From NCBI GenBank assembly GCA_040954595.2, contig CM082595.2, positions 8,104,317-8,168,316 of the forward strand: a DNA stretch of 64,000 bases, in the 5' to 3' direction. Every line of letters begins with the position of its first letter. Positions within the stretch are counted from its first letter, which is position 1. Positions 28,501 through 40,479 of this stretch are shown here, in pieces. The notes beneath the pieces were generated by a model that was not told the origin of the DNA, searched no databases, and saw only the letters and a program-made list of their open reading frames with translations. This stretch comes from Balanoglossus misakiensis. Taxonomy: Eukaryota > Animalia > Hemichordata. Made by a program: the position numbers and the translations under genes.

Positions 28501-31039
28501 TTGAAGCAAACCAAGCTGGCTTTAATCTAATGACTATGGCCAAGTGTAGTAACAGACAATATTTAATTCTTCCACCAAGAGAATTGGTGTACTTAAGTTA
28601 CCATCTATCTTAATCATTTGAATATCCAGTATTCCTTTCAGTGCATGTTGCCATATCAAATACTTAAAAACATATATATTAAGAGGACATATCTAATATA
28701 ACACTTATTAAGTGTGGAAATCTGACCCTGGCAAAAGTCTACTAGAATTTCAAAATGCAGTTTTTGGTCCTTTTTGTGATATCATTCAAGAATACAGGGA
28801 ATACTTGCATAATGTTTCTCACTGTGCAATATAACTTCAGTGCATAAACAAAAAACGGGGTCAGAAATTACCCCTTTGCTATATAAAAAGTGGTGAATCT
28901 ATGTGTGACATTCAGATTAAATAAACTACATTGTTTCTCTTGGATAAATAACATATTGCCATCATGGTACTGTACATGACAGCTAGAGTAATTCATACTC
29001 TATAATCTCATTGTAAGCTTGATGTGGTCTAAACAGTTTGCAACTATGGCTATACAGTCAAATACATGGATCGAAGTTTAACCAACAGTCAAAAACAGGA
29101 TGGACATCATAAATTATTTTACTGAATCATTGAATGTTCTATCTTGTACATGTATGTGTACCGTATGTGCATAGTGCAGATTGAGTACAGTTCACCAATA
29201 TTTCAGCATGTTTCAACTATTAAAACAACAGAAACAGTTTTTAATATTGAAGAAAACTCTTAACAATTGCTGAATAAGAGTTTTTCTCTTAAAAGCATGC
29301 ATCTATATATGAAATGAACAATTTGTAGATGTGTCACTGTTTTAAAGCAAGCTAGGCACAGGCTAATCTTTTACAATACAATGTTCCTTGTTGACTTCTG
29401 CAGGGTTCAATGAACACCAATAGCTTAATCCACACATGGTAGTGATATGAACAAAGTTAAATAATTAACACATATATATTAAATACAGATATTTCTGTTT
29501 GTAAATATATCCATTTTTTCTATTTATGCCGATTACTCCATAGGATATGAAAACCCTTTCCATACAGATCGAAACATTATCTTTCTATTATATCCGTCAT
29601 GCAACAGACTACCGTTCATTAACAGCATAGCATTCCTAATAATGTTTCTGGGGAATTATGGAGCTTGCTCAAAAGCACACATTGTTGCTATGTATATGTG
29701 TGACACTTTAATAATGAGACAAACTCTCAGACCACTATCTTGTGACAGTGTTCTATTTGCTTTTTCCCTTCGACCAAATTCACATCTACAGTTCACTTGT
29801 ATTAAAATGCATTGGTTTCAGTGCTGTATATTCACATGTGCTATCTACACTGAAATGCCATACAGCTTCTGTGGCAACAGCTCAACAAATACAATTCGAA
29901 GAAATTAATTATTAACCCCTGTTTCTCCAGGTCAATGTACCATATTTTTACTTTAATACAATCTTCTATTCTTCACACTACATTTGATGATAAAATTTAC
30001 AATTTCCAACATCAATTTATATTAGAATTAATGTTCTAATCCAACCAACATGACTTTTAACTGTCATAAAATATTCAACAGACAGAATGATGTGTGATGA
30101 TAAACTTTAGAATGTCAAACCATTCAGTAAATGCTCAAATAAAGCCAACTATGCTGATCAAAATGTTTATAATTGCAAAATATCCATCACACACAATCTT
30201 TTTTTGATAACAAAATATAATTGTAAAGATTTCAATTACTTTTCAAACAAAATGTTAGAACACTGATTCTAAATAATTAATCACCCTTAAATAATCAATG
30301 AACACAACCATTTTTAATAATAAATCTGACAATTTCAAAGATGATACTTAGTGTTGTAATGAAAATGAAAATTTCATGTATGTCATGTTGACACAAACTT
30401 TAAAAACATAAAATCTCCAACAGACAGTATTTCATTTGAGAAAAAGAATACAAGTTCAAACATTTCAAGCCACATTGTTTCCAAATAAATAGTTATCAAA
30501 TTCACAGAACCATGTTTGATAATAACAATGACAATTTAAACATTTCAATTAATGTTGTAAAATAACTATCTTGAGTCAAATTCGGTTATTTACAAGGTAT
30601 ACCAAACACTAGTAAACTTTTTCCATAATTAAATGTACAATTTCAAACATTACTTTTACTCTCATAATAAAAGCAAATATCTTTACTACAATTAATAATT
30701 ATCCAGTATTACAGTATACAATAAGATGTTCAAAATACAGCATCTGACTATCTTTTGACAAAATGCAATAAATACACTATACCACACAGAATTGAAGGCA
30801 GAGAAATTATATATATATATACTCAATATTGAGTCTGCACACAAAGATGATTATCCCATGATGTTACTGTAATATTTAACATTGTAATTACATCCTCCGG
30901 AGCTTCCAAATTGAACGATAACACTTTCCATGAAATGGATTATTGCCGTAAAATACTTGACATATTTAAAAATAATGTTGTATATTCATAGAAAATGCCT
31001 CCACATCATACTGGTACACATGCACGCATATACATGCCG

Positions 31040-31076
31040 GTACATACATACATACATACATATACATGCATGCATG

Positions 31077-31109
<33 letters not shown>

Positions 31110-31110
31110 C
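31040..31110. repeat. (TACA)n/(CA)n microsatellite
   Basis: Direct reading: tacatacatacata...cacacacaca. Confidence 0.95.
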
Positions 31111-31309
31111 CATGCATATACACATGTACATATGTTACAAATGTACATATGCCAGTGCATACATGACACAGACATACAGACAGATAAAACATTATGACAG
31201 CCAGGCAGCCTGTCTTAAATTACTCAATCCTTCGCCTGAGTTTATCTTCTTCTGAAAGTTAAATCATTTCAAATTTGTACCAAAATATATTTTAATTCTT
31301 CTCTATATT

Positions 31310-31759
31310 AAACACATTTATACTACATCACATCACCTAATCGGCCTTGAAGTCTGGATATCCACATATCCTTTTCACCTTAACAGCATTCTCCTCGCTC
31401 TAAAAAGGCAGCTAGAGTTGTAACCTTTCACGACTTCACAGCACACTTGGCTGTTTTATTTAAACATTTGAATATTCTAGATATCTTCAAACCACACAAA
31501 CTTCAATTGTGTACCTTTTTGTATGACCTGTGGTCAATGACAATTTACCTCTCTGTTTCACTAACTATTGTTCATTAGCGTCTCACCAATACAGTACATG
31601 GCATAAAAATCAAGGAAATCTTTTTGTTCCAACTGTCAATACATCCATATGTAAATTTGAAATATCCTATGCTGGTACTGTATTATGGGGAACTTTGCCA
31701 CATCAGATCAAAAACATCATCAAAAAATAGAAATTATAAACTAGAATTTATTTATTCAT

Positions 31760-31802
<43 letters not shown>

Positions 31803-31843
31803 TTCGTTCATTTATTTATTTATTTGTTTGTTTGTTTGTTTGT

Positions 31844-31878
<35 letters not shown>

Positions 31879-32250
31879 TCAGTACATTTATTTATCAGTA
31901 TATTTATTGATAAGTCTATTTTCATACATTGTATTAACTGATTGATGATTTATTTTTGAACATTTTAGTATCTGTAGCACCTTTACATAGTTGATTAATT
32001 GTATTTTCTGTTATAATATATTTTAACCCTGTAAACAGTTCTCCTATTTTCTGTTTTCTTTCACCCTCAGTTTAATCCTTTCTCAGTTTTATCCTTAGCT
32101 GCATGCAGATGTGGTTGTCATCATATTGGAATTGTGTTGATGTATGTATAAATTTTATGACAATGCTCTTTATCCTGTATTTGTAACTTGATTAGTGAGC
32201 CTGAAGACATTTTTTACATTTGTTGTTGACAATAAACTATTTGAATTGAA
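31310..32250 (+). mobile_element. Degenerate 3' fragment of a CR1/L2/Crack-clade LINE (ORF2 C-terminus plus 3' UTR)
   Basis: The broken translation KKAARVVTF..AHLAVLFKHLNILDI..KLQLCTFLY..NLP..F..HQYST..LFVP...KFEISYAG..LW..LP resembles the C-terminal region of CR1-group ORF2. The fragment ends in AATAAACTATTTGAATTGAA. Confidence 0.6.
31746..31880. repeat. (TTTA)n/(TTTG)n microsatellite
   Basis: Direct reading. Confidence 0.95.
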
Positions 32251-32610
32251 CATAATTGATTTATCCTAGGAGCCATTATAAGTATATTCACTAATATTGC
32301 TGGGTAGTTTTGCTCCCAGACCTCATCGCTATGCACCCTAGTGCACTACTGGCAGTATGATTAGGCAAGGAGTATAGCAACTAGCAAGAGTCGCTCCGCC
32401 AGCACAGGATACTTGCCCGGTCATGTCCAACCACCAGAGGCACATGGTTTGCCTTGGCGAAGCAACAAGGTCTGGAACCATCTGTCACCAATCTTTTTGT
32501 TTACAAAGGCTATTTTTGAAGCATGTACCTGAATGAGGTTTTACCTCGTCATGTTTTTTTTTCTTTATTTTTCTATTTACTTATTTTATTTCAAATACAA
32601 GTGTAAATTA

Positions 32611-35600
32611 CTATATTTTGATGCTTATTGCTTCATGAAAGCTGAAGTATTTTGGTATAACATTTACTGTCACATCTTTTATTCCTTTCACATACACATG
32701 ATCAATCAGTGTATTAGCTTCTGTAGTTGGTTGGCTTACAGATTGTCTGAAACCATGATCTTCCATGAACTTTACAAGTGATAACCGAGTCAATATATCT
32801 TCATTGAAATCACCCATGATCAGTTTGCCTCCTGGGTATTTTTCCATTGCTCTCACCAAAGAAACCATGCTATTTTTGAATACCTCTGCTTTGTATGATG
32901 GTGGTCTGTAAACTACAGCTACTGTAACATTGATTTTAGCAACATAAAATGAAATACATTCCAAATTACACACACCCAAATGCAAAATTTCAAAATCACT
33001 ACATAGTTTGCTATAGACTCCAACACCACCCCGCTGTTGCAATTGTAGACTTGATGTATTTGTATCAAATTGATTATAGGATTGAGATCGTGGTTGGTGA
33101 TTGAATTCAAATCCGCTCAATTGTAAATTACAATGTGTTCCTTTTTCAGATAACCATGTCTCCGTCAGGCAAATGAAGTCTGCTTCTAAATATTCACTGT
33201 CATTGCAAATATCTTTAATGTGATTGACAAGTCCCTCCACATTATGCAATACAAATGAGCATGTATAATTACTCTGTTCTGTCTGAGTACATTTGGGGAG
33301 AAACTTTGGCATTGTTTCCAGGGCTTCTTGGACCTTTTCATTGCAATATATGGATGATTTGTTAAAGTCATTAATAATGAGACCATCTAATGATGTCACT
33401 CGACTCAATGCCACATATGCCTGTCCTGGTGCAAACATCTTCTTCAAATTAACAACAGCTTTTTCAACTGTTAATCCCTGCACCTTATGCACTGTACATG
33501 CCCAAGCTAGTTTTAAAGGAAACTGCCTCCTAATACCACCATTACTTGCAACTGACATTTCCTGGGGTTCTATAAGGGTACTGTTTACTGGAAGGTCAGA
33601 TATAGTTATAGGCTTCTTTTTACGCAATCCTTGGCCAACTTTCTCATTATCAAATACAACATAAATGGCAGCTGGAAATTTTTCATTTGATTTTACTGCA
33701 ATGTGACATACTGTGCCAAATACGCCATTCACCAAACCATCAGCCACATCAATGTTATGTGTCAATTGGACTCGTGCACCAACAGCTAGAGTAAGAGTCT
33801 TTGGCAAAGTTGTCCTGTACACTTTGACGTGGTGACCTACCTTTTTTTCTAGTCTTCCACTTTTAGGATTCCTGCTAAAATCTTCTGCTTCAATACAGAC
33901 AGGATCAGAACATTGAGAATGAAGCATTTCCACATTACAGCTATTAACCTCTGTATTTGTAGCAAAAACATGCATTGCCTCAGATGTTTCACCAGTAACA
34001 CACTTTTGAAACATTGCCACATCACCAGCATTCAGTATGTCCCCCTTTTTGTGAACTCTTACTCGATTTAGTGCCTCCGCAAATGCACAGTCTTTCTGTC
34101 TCATTATTTCAGTTAATTCTACCATACTGAAATTATCATTCCACAGATTGACGGATTCACGGTCTATGCACAGTGGACTTGCTTTTACAGGCGGGAGTTG
34201 ATAAAAATCACCCACAGCAATAACACAGACATTCCCAAATGGTGACTCAGCCAATGACTGTTTGATTTGTCGTAGTCTTCCATGAACATAGTACAGTAAC
34301 TTTTTGTCTACCATAGAAATCTCATCTATTATCAAAATGTGAAGGTTACCAAACTTGCAACGAAGAGTATTGAGCTTTTCTTCACGCAGTGGCTGATATG
34401 GCAGCTTCGAGTCAACAGCTATGGAGAATATATGATGAAGAGTTGTTCCTTGTATATTAAATGCCGCGACTCCTGTCGGTGCAGTTAAAGCAATAGAAAT
34501 TCCATCAACATCTGGCATTGCACGAGCTAGAATTCGTTTGGCTTCATGATATATGCTTTTGATTAAGTGACTTTTTCCAGTACCAGCACCACCAGTGACA
34601 AACAGATAAAAGGGTTCTGGATTCTTGCCATTGCTTTTGTCCAAACACCACTTCCTGACAGTGTAAAACACTTCTGCTTGTTTCTTGTTCAAAGATCTAC
34701 ACATTGCTTCAACCTCATATTTCTTCATTGAATTTGAAATTTCTACATGACAATCTTCACCTTTGGGTTTTTGTACCAAATCTGGAATATCACTGTCATC
34801 CACCGGATCATCATCACAGCACTTTTTACCTTCTTCAATGCATTCCAATCGTTCTAATTCATTTTCTGGACATATTTGAGCCCATGCATCTTCAAGATGG
34901 CCATTCTCATCAAGAAATTGTCCAGCTGCATCAATAGCATCAGCCTCTGTTTCAAATAATGCTTTATTGGCATCTACAATCATTTTAACCTTTTCTAAAG
35001 AAGCAGTGCCACATTTCACTGCACCAAGACAATAAAAATCCTCATACGATTCAAATCCACTAGGTTTTAGTTGTGATTCAGTACGATATGGGAGAAACAG
35101 TTGTAATATACTGCCATAGTGCTTTTCTGGACATTTGGTAACAGAAAATCTAGCATATCTAACAACAGCCCCATCACTTCTAGATCTTTTCTGCATGTAA
35201 CCAACATCATTTTTCAACTTCACTATTGGACTGTGGCGTTTTTCATTACTCACATTTTTCATTTCTGATTTTGAAACCACTCTGTATTCAGAACAAAATG
35301 TTGCAAGACACATGTTGTCAAAATCTACCCCATTTGGTCTGTTCTTGTACCTGTCTACAATGCTATTCATCCATATCTCTTCCTCATCTAAATCATCACC
35401 TTTCATTTTCTTCTGAATTGCAGCTAATGGCAGACTCATTTTAATTTGATTTTCTCCTGTTGGAATAAACTGAACTTTTCGTGATGATTGTTTCAGTTTC
35501 AAACCACATACCCTATACACAGCTTCCTGGGCACTTATTTCCCTGTTGTGCAGATATACACCACCTAACTCTTTCATGGCCGACTTTGCATCCATATTTC

Positions 35601-38600
35601 CTTCTTTGTAAGCCTCTTTCTGTGCATGTTCCAGGAGTAAACCCATTTCTCTTTCGGCCTTAGAGATGTATGACACAATGTACACAACACAGGCATAAGC
35701 ATCCACAACAAACTGAATGTCCATATTTGCATTCCAGCAACGGAGAAGGTTGGCATTATATTGGTTCACCCAAACATCACTTGGCTCACGTTTTAGAACT
35801 ACACTTGTCTTCTTTGCCAAAATTGCATTTGCTTGTTCAAACATCTCCTGAGATATGCCAACTGCATTGAACAAATCATCAATAGTATCAATTTGTTTCT
35901 CTTTGTCACACAGGCATGTCCACACTCGTTCTAAAATTTGTCTAGCCTTCTTCTGAATCAATACTGTATCATCCAACTCAGGCAAACTATTTTCAAATTC
36001 ACTTTCCAGTGATGTAGTCATTTGATCATCCTTACACTGATCGTCATCTGTTACCTCTATACCGGTATCTATGCTGACAGAAGGGTGGCATATAAAGGTT
36101 TTGTTTGAAGGAGGTCGAGGAAAGTTGAATCGACATGTAGTACCCTTTTTCTTGCAAGATTTTGAATGCCTTGAACTGTGTTTCTGGACTGTTTTCACAA
36201 TCTCATGCAGTACCTCATCCTCTTCAATAGAAGGCATTTCACATGTTACATATCTGTCAACAAACTCAACAACATCTTCATCAGAATCTTTGTCCACTTT
36301 TGGTGCATTTTCAACCCAAAACAAACAGTGAGTGTGTGGTGATCCACGCTGCTGAAACTCAACTCGATAAAAATAATCTTTGATCTTCCCAATAGGACTA
36401 GCTGGTGACATTATTACCTCATTCATGAAACAATGGAATCTATGATCAAACATTCTTGCTGCTGTTACGGGATTTCGTCTCAAGATACCACATTTCTCAG
36501 ACCAATCGAGATCCTCAGCATTACGTACATCACCTTCTTCACGTAGGATAGTCTCAATTACTTCTTTCCACCTTAAGTCAGCAGCAGAAAATGAGCAGAA
36601 CCATGTTGGTATACCTAACTGTCTGATCATTGCAAACAAATCTTTCTGTGTAGCTTGCCAATAAGGAGGAGTTCCTCGTACTGGTTTTAAAAACTTGTAG
36701 CCTTCATCACACTTCAATATCTCTCTCAAAGAATCCCCATTAGTCAGAACATCAGATGTCACCTTTTTGCCACAAGCATTGGCAGTTCCTTTTCTCAAAG
36801 CGATTGACACATTTGATACAACCTGGTCAAGTTCTGAACGATATTGTGCATAAAATATATAGTCTGTGCTTCTGGCAAACCTGTTACTTGCATTCATTAG
36901 ACGACTCTGCAGGTATCGCCCTATTGTTATCTTAACCTCTCGGTCATCGTGAAATGTTGGTGACCCAGTTGGGAATATCACAGGAAAGCACTTCGCTTCA
37001 TTGAACTTTTCCATCAACACTCTAACAGGTTTATTATCCTCACCAGGAGCAACACAAGCGATATCGTCAAAGTGATAATCCAGAATATCCTGACCAATGT
37101 CAACTGGTTGAAAGCATGTGTCCATGAATATTCCATTTGTATCTCTATCAGGTTCATTTCCATCTTCTGTGTCTGATGCTACATCATTGCCTTCAGTATC
37201 TAACAATTTTTCCTCAGTGTTTCCATTACTTTCACCATCAGATTTTTCTTCAGTCTTTTCAAGAGTATTTTCCCAAGTGAGATTGAAATTTACATCATTA
37301 TACCACATGTTACTCTTCTTTAGGTATTCCAGTGCATTTTGAATGTGTCCTTTGTTTACAAATTGATACTCATAACAACCTTTATAACTTAATTTCCGCT
37401 TTAATTTCACCTTTATCATCTGGTCATCCAATTCACCTCTAGGCAATATACTTGTGGCTTTTTCTATATTAGATGGAACACACACAACAGGTCCATGAAC
37501 ACCATTTTGTCCACCTCTTGGTAGTGCCATCATTTTCATGAAAGGAATATGCAGTGCAATTAAATGTTGCTCTAAAGAATTCAGACATTTTAATTCATCA
37601 GGGATTGGTTTCACATCAAGATTGTTTGCAGCAGCTTGAACAGGCATCTCTGCACGCAAGAGTTTGCTATGGCATGTGTGACAAATCCATAATTTACTAG
37701 CTGCACTGCTCTTAAGGGGACAATCAACAATACATAATTCACTACAGTTGTGTACATACTCTTGTGTTATGCATTTGTTGGCATTCATTTCACAAAGACC
37801 TCCCTTAGAGACATAGTTATCCATCTTACAAACAATTACCTGTTTTCTAAAAAGTCGCCGATGACAAACTGAACATACACAATTTGGCCCAACTGAAATC
37901 TGATTCTGGAAATCAATTATAACACGCTCTATATTTCCCTTTTCAATCTTTGTCACTTTCCTCTCAGTACGTCTTCTCTCCAGTACAGTTTGTTTATAAA
38001 CGTGATCCTGTTGGTAACGTTCCAAACATTTTTTTTGGGTCCGGTTTTGAAACTCTTCATCTCTGTTATACTTGTCAAGAAATTGTGCTGCAGTCTGTCT
38101 CTTCTTATGTTCTCGAAACTCCAGATCTTTTTTGTACTTGTCAACACATTGTGCTGCACTCTGTCTCTTCTTTTGTTCTCGGAACGTCTGATCTTTTTCG
38201 TACTTGTCAACACATTGTGCTGCACTCTGTCTCTTCTTTTGTTCTCGGAACGTCTGATCTTTTTTGTACTTGTCAACACATTGTGCTGCACTCTGTCTCT
38301 TCTTTTGTTCTCGGAACGTCTGATCTTTTTCGTACTTGTCAACACATTGTGCTGCACTCTGTCTCTTCTTTTGTTCTCGGAACGTCTGATCTTTTTCGTA
38401 CTTGTCAACACATTGTGCTGCACTCTCACTCTTCTTGTGCTCTCTGTATAGTGGAACTTTTTCATATTTTGCCAAACATTGTTCTGCACATACAGTTTTC
38501 TGTACTTCACGAAATACTAGGTCATGATCGTATCTTCCTGCAAGTCTACGTTTTTTGTTCTCTCTGTACAGTACATCTTCATGATATCTCTTTCTTCTAA

Positions 38601-40089
38601 CCGATTTTATATTGTCTCTATATTCACAATTAGTCTGATAGCGTTCATATTCTTTAGCTGCTTTAGAGCTCTTCAGACTACTGGGTACATTTAATTGATT
38701 CAATTTACCTCTTTCACTTTCATACTTTTCACGCCTGAGTTTCTTTTTCAGCCGTTCACCCATGGCTCTTCCACGTTTCTCACCTCTTACTGGTGCAAGA
38801 CACGGAAGTTCTTCATGTGTTGCAAATACTTCATCCAAATGGAACTCTTGTTTCAAACCAATCTGTTTTGAACACTCATTGTCTGTCACATCCATGCACT
38901 CTCCAGTCACAATCTCAACAGGGACAACTTCATTGCAATCAATGTGTGTACAATGACAGGTTTCCAACTGTGGTGTCTTCACACACTCAACTACTTCATA
39001 ATGGTTTCTATTGCGATGGTTCAGGTATATACCAACACCTCTATCAACATTATTTTTATTGATTAAATTACAAGAATGTTTCCACCAACTATCAAAACTG
39101 TACACAAAAATATTCACATTGAAGAGATTTGTAGTGGCAAGGATTTCAGTCTCTGTAGCCCATGTTCCTAGACAATCCATTCGAGACTTCTCAATATAAT
39201 CAGCAACTGATGTATATCCATCTAACCTTACCCAGCCTGAATATACTTCCTCATTGGCTTTCAAGTGATTCACAATAGCCGTTCGAATTACTCCATGATT
39301 TCGCTCAGTCCCACTTATACAATATGACAAGGACCTAAAAAAACAGTTACCATCACCAATTATTGACTTGTAATTACATGGGTCTCCAATTGTAACACTT
39401 CCAAGTTTATTTAAAATATCAATTTTATTTTTATCTACAATATCAAATTTGCAACACAGCTGTTCACATACATCAGAAGTAAGTGGAGAGAATGAGTAAA
39501 CACTGTCCTCTGTTCCACTACCAATATATAGGTCGTCCGATGAATCATTGTCAAGACTATGTTGTTGCAGAATTTCATTACTTCCTTCAGTCTTATCAAC
39601 ACTTTGATTTTCAGTCTCAAATATCTCATTGTTGACTTTTGAACTTTCATTTTCTCTGTCACTTTTTCTGATTTTATCCATATTCCTGTTTTTAGAGAGG
39701 GCAGGCCCCTCTTTGAATTCATTTCTATTCCTGTTTTTAGAGAGGGCAGGCCCCTCTTTGTATTCATTTCTATTCCTGTTTTTAGAGAGGGCAGGCCCCT
39801 CTTTGAATTCATTTCTATTCCTGTTTTTAGAGAGGGCAGGCCCCTCTTTGAATTCATTTCTATTCCTGTTTTTAGAGAGGGCAGGCCCCTCTTTGTATTC
39901 ATTTCTATTCCTGTTTTTAGAGAGGGCAGGCCCCTCTTTGTATTCATTTCTATTCCTGTTTTTAGAGAGGGCAGGCCCCTCTTTGTGCTTTATAGCTATC
40001 CTGTTTTTCAAGAGGACAGGATCCTCAGACACAACAGCATCTTCATTCTTCTGACTCCTCTTCTTCCTCCAGTATCTACTGCGTGGCAT
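32611..40089 (-). CDS. Helentron RepHel polyprotein (~2492 aa): OTU protease - repeats - Zn finger - HUH Rep - PIF1-family helicase - APE/EEP endonuclease
   Basis: Uninterrupted ORF. OTU: IIGDGNCFFRS..WATETEI..HYE. Zn finger: CSVC/CHTC. Rep motif 2 VEFQQRGSPHTH and motif 3 YIVSYISK. Helicase: TGGAGTGKS, IIDEISM, GDFYQLPPV, EIMRQ, FPLKLAWACTVHKVQG, GQAYVALSR. EEP: HNVEG, LTETWL, YRPP, GDFNED, IDHVY, SFH. The ATG at 40089 directly follows a splice-acceptor-like tttgttccag. Confidence 0.96.
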   Translation of the reverse strand: MPRSRYWRKKRSQKNEDAVVSEDPVLLKNRIAIKHKEGPALSKNRNRNEYKEGPALSKNRNRNEYKEGPALSKNRNRNEFKEGPALSKNRNRNEFKEGPALSKNRNRNEYKEGPALSKNRNRNEFKEGPALSKNRNMDKIRKSDRENESSKVNNEIFETENQSVDKTEGSNEILQQHSLDNDSSDDLYIGSGTEDSVYSFSPLTSDVCEQLCCKFDIVDKNKIDILNKLGSVTIGDPCNYKSIIGDGNCFFRSLSYCISGTERNHGVIRTAIVNHLKANEEVYSGWVRLDGYTSVADYIEKSRMDCLGTWATETEILATTNLFNVNIFVYSFDSWWKHSCNLINKNNVDRGVGIYLNHRNRNHYEVVECVKTPQLETCHCTHIDCNEVVPVEIVTGECMDVTDNECSKQIGLKQEFHLDEVFATHEELPCLAPVRGEKRGRAMGERLKKKLRREKYESERGKLNQLNVPSSLKSSKAAKEYERYQTNCEYRDNIKSVRRKRYHEDVLYRENKKRRLAGRYDHDLVFREVQKTVCAEQCLAKYEKVPLYREHKKSESAAQCVDKYEKDQTFREQKKRQSAAQCVDKYEKDQTFREQKKRQSAAQCVDKYKKDQTFREQKKRQSAAQCVDKYEKDQTFREQKKRQSAAQCVDKYKKDLEFREHKKRQTAAQFLDKYNRDEEFQNRTQKKCLERYQQDHVYKQTVLERRRTERKVTKIEKGNIERVIIDFQNQISVGPNCVCSVCHRRLFRKQVIVCKMDNYVSKGGLCEMNANKCITQEYVHNCSELCIVDCPLKSSAASKLWICHTCHSKLLRAEMPVQAAANNLDVKPIPDELKCLNSLEQHLIALHIPFMKMMALPRGGQNGVHGPVVCVPSNIEKATSILPRGELDDQMIKVKLKRKLSYKGCYEYQFVNKGHIQNALEYLKKSNMWYNDVNFNLTWENTLEKTEEKSDGESNGNTEEKLLDTEGNDVASDTEDGNEPDRDTNGIFMDTCFQPVDIGQDILDYHFDDIACVAPGEDNKPVRVLMEKFNEAKCFPVIFPTGSPTFHDDREVKITIGRYLQSRLMNASNRFARSTDYIFYAQYRSELDQVVSNVSIALRKGTANACGKKVTSDVLTNGDSLREILKCDEGYKFLKPVRGTPPYWQATQKDLFAMIRQLGIPTWFCSFSAADLRWKEVIETILREEGDVRNAEDLDWSEKCGILRRNPVTAARMFDHRFHCFMNEVIMSPASPIGKIKDYFYRVEFQQRGSPHTHCLFWVENAPKVDKDSDEDVVEFVDRYVTCEMPSIEEDEVLHEIVKTVQKHSSRHSKSCKKKGTTCRFNFPRPPSNKTFICHPSVSIDTGIEVTDDDQCKDDQMTTSLESEFENSLPELDDTVLIQKKARQILERVWTCLCDKEKQIDTIDDLFNAVGISQEMFEQANAILAKKTSVVLKREPSDVWVNQYNANLLRCWNANMDIQFVVDAYACVVYIVSYISKAEREMGLLLEHAQKEAYKEGNMDAKSAMKELGGVYLHNREISAQEAVYRVCGLKLKQSSRKVQFIPTGENQIKMSLPLAAIQKKMKGDDLDEEEIWMNSIVDRYKNRPNGVDFDNMCLATFCSEYRVVSKSEMKNVSNEKRHSPIVKLKNDVGYMQKRSRSDGAVVRYARFSVTKCPEKHYGSILQLFLPYRTESQLKPSGFESYEDFYCLGAVKCGTASLEKVKMIVDANKALFETEADAIDAAGQFLDENGHLEDAWAQICPENELERLECIEEGKKCCDDDPVDDSDIPDLVQKPKGEDCHVEISNSMKKYEVEAMCRSLNKKQAEVFYTVRKWCLDKSNGKNPEPFYLFVTGGAGTGKSHLIKSIYHEAKRILARAMPDVDGISIALTAPTGVAAFNIQGTTLHHIFSIAVDSKLPYQPLREEKLNTLRCKFGNLHILIIDEISMVDKKLLYYVHGRLRQIKQSLAESPFGNVCVIAVGDFYQLPPVKASPLCIDRESVNLWNDNFSMVELTEIMRQKDCAFAEALNRVRVHKKGDILNAGDVAMFQKCVTGETSEAMHVFATNTEVNSCNVEMLHSQCSDPVCIEAEDFSRNPKSGRLEKKVGHHVKVYRTTLPKTLTLAVGARVQLTHNIDVADGLVNGVFGTVCHIAVKSNEKFPAAIYVVFDNEKVGQGLRKKKPITISDLPVNSTLIEPQEMSVASNGGIRRQFPLKLAWACTVHKVQGLTVEKAVVNLKKMFAPGQAYVALSRVTSLDGLIINDFNKSSIYCNEKVQEALETMPKFLPKCTQTEQSNYTCSFVLHNVEGLVNHIKDICNDSEYLEADFICLTETWLSEKGTHCNLQLSGFEFNHQPRSQSYNQFDTNTSSLQLQQRGGVGVYSKLCSDFEILHLGVCNLECISFYVAKINVTVAVVYRPPSYKAEVFKNSMVSLVRAMEKYPGGKLIMGDFNEDILTRLSLVKFMEDHGFRQSVSQPTTEANTLIDHVYVKGIKDVTVNVIPKYFSFHEAISIKI
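38070..38440 (-). repeat. In-frame 66-bp tandem repeat (22 aa, REQKKRQSAAQCVDKYEKDQTF), ~5.5 copies
   Basis: Visible in the DNA and in the ORF translation. Confidence 0.95.
39681..39985 (-). repeat. In-frame 45-bp tandem repeat (15 aa, KEGPALSKNRNRNE[Y/F]), ~6.7 copies
   Basis: Visible in the DNA and in the ORF translation. Confidence 0.96.
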
Positions 40090-40479
40090 CTGGAACAAAG
40101 CAAATATACAGTCTAGTTAGGTTTTTACTATCCTTTCACCACCAGACTTCAGATAACCGTCCCATCAAATCACATCACTAGTGATTATAACCAGTAAAAA
40201 GTAGTGGAACTTTTAACAGACAGAAGTGATTTATAGAAAGTAAGTCCGAACAAAGTTGTAATTCAACAGCAACACATAATACACACATATCCCCATGCCT
40301 GTATACAAATAGACACATATACACACAAAGTATCACAGACACACTTTTTTTCTGCTGGAAAACAGGATAAGGCTTAAATCCTGACCCCTGTATGACCTAA
40401 CATTCTGGCATTCACATTGGAATGTGCTCAGACAAATCTCAGATATGAGTGAAATTTTCTTTAAAAGTCTTCTCCGCTA

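Noticed and set aside
32304-32485. Possible old MITE or SINE (CCAGACCT...AGGTCTGG)
   Set aside because: Only an 8-bp inverted match, with no TSD or Pol III boxes identified.
37950-40054. Antisense and alternate-frame ORFs overlapping RepHel
   Set aside because: They coincide with the 66-bp and 45-bp coding repeats, which keep other frames open by chance.
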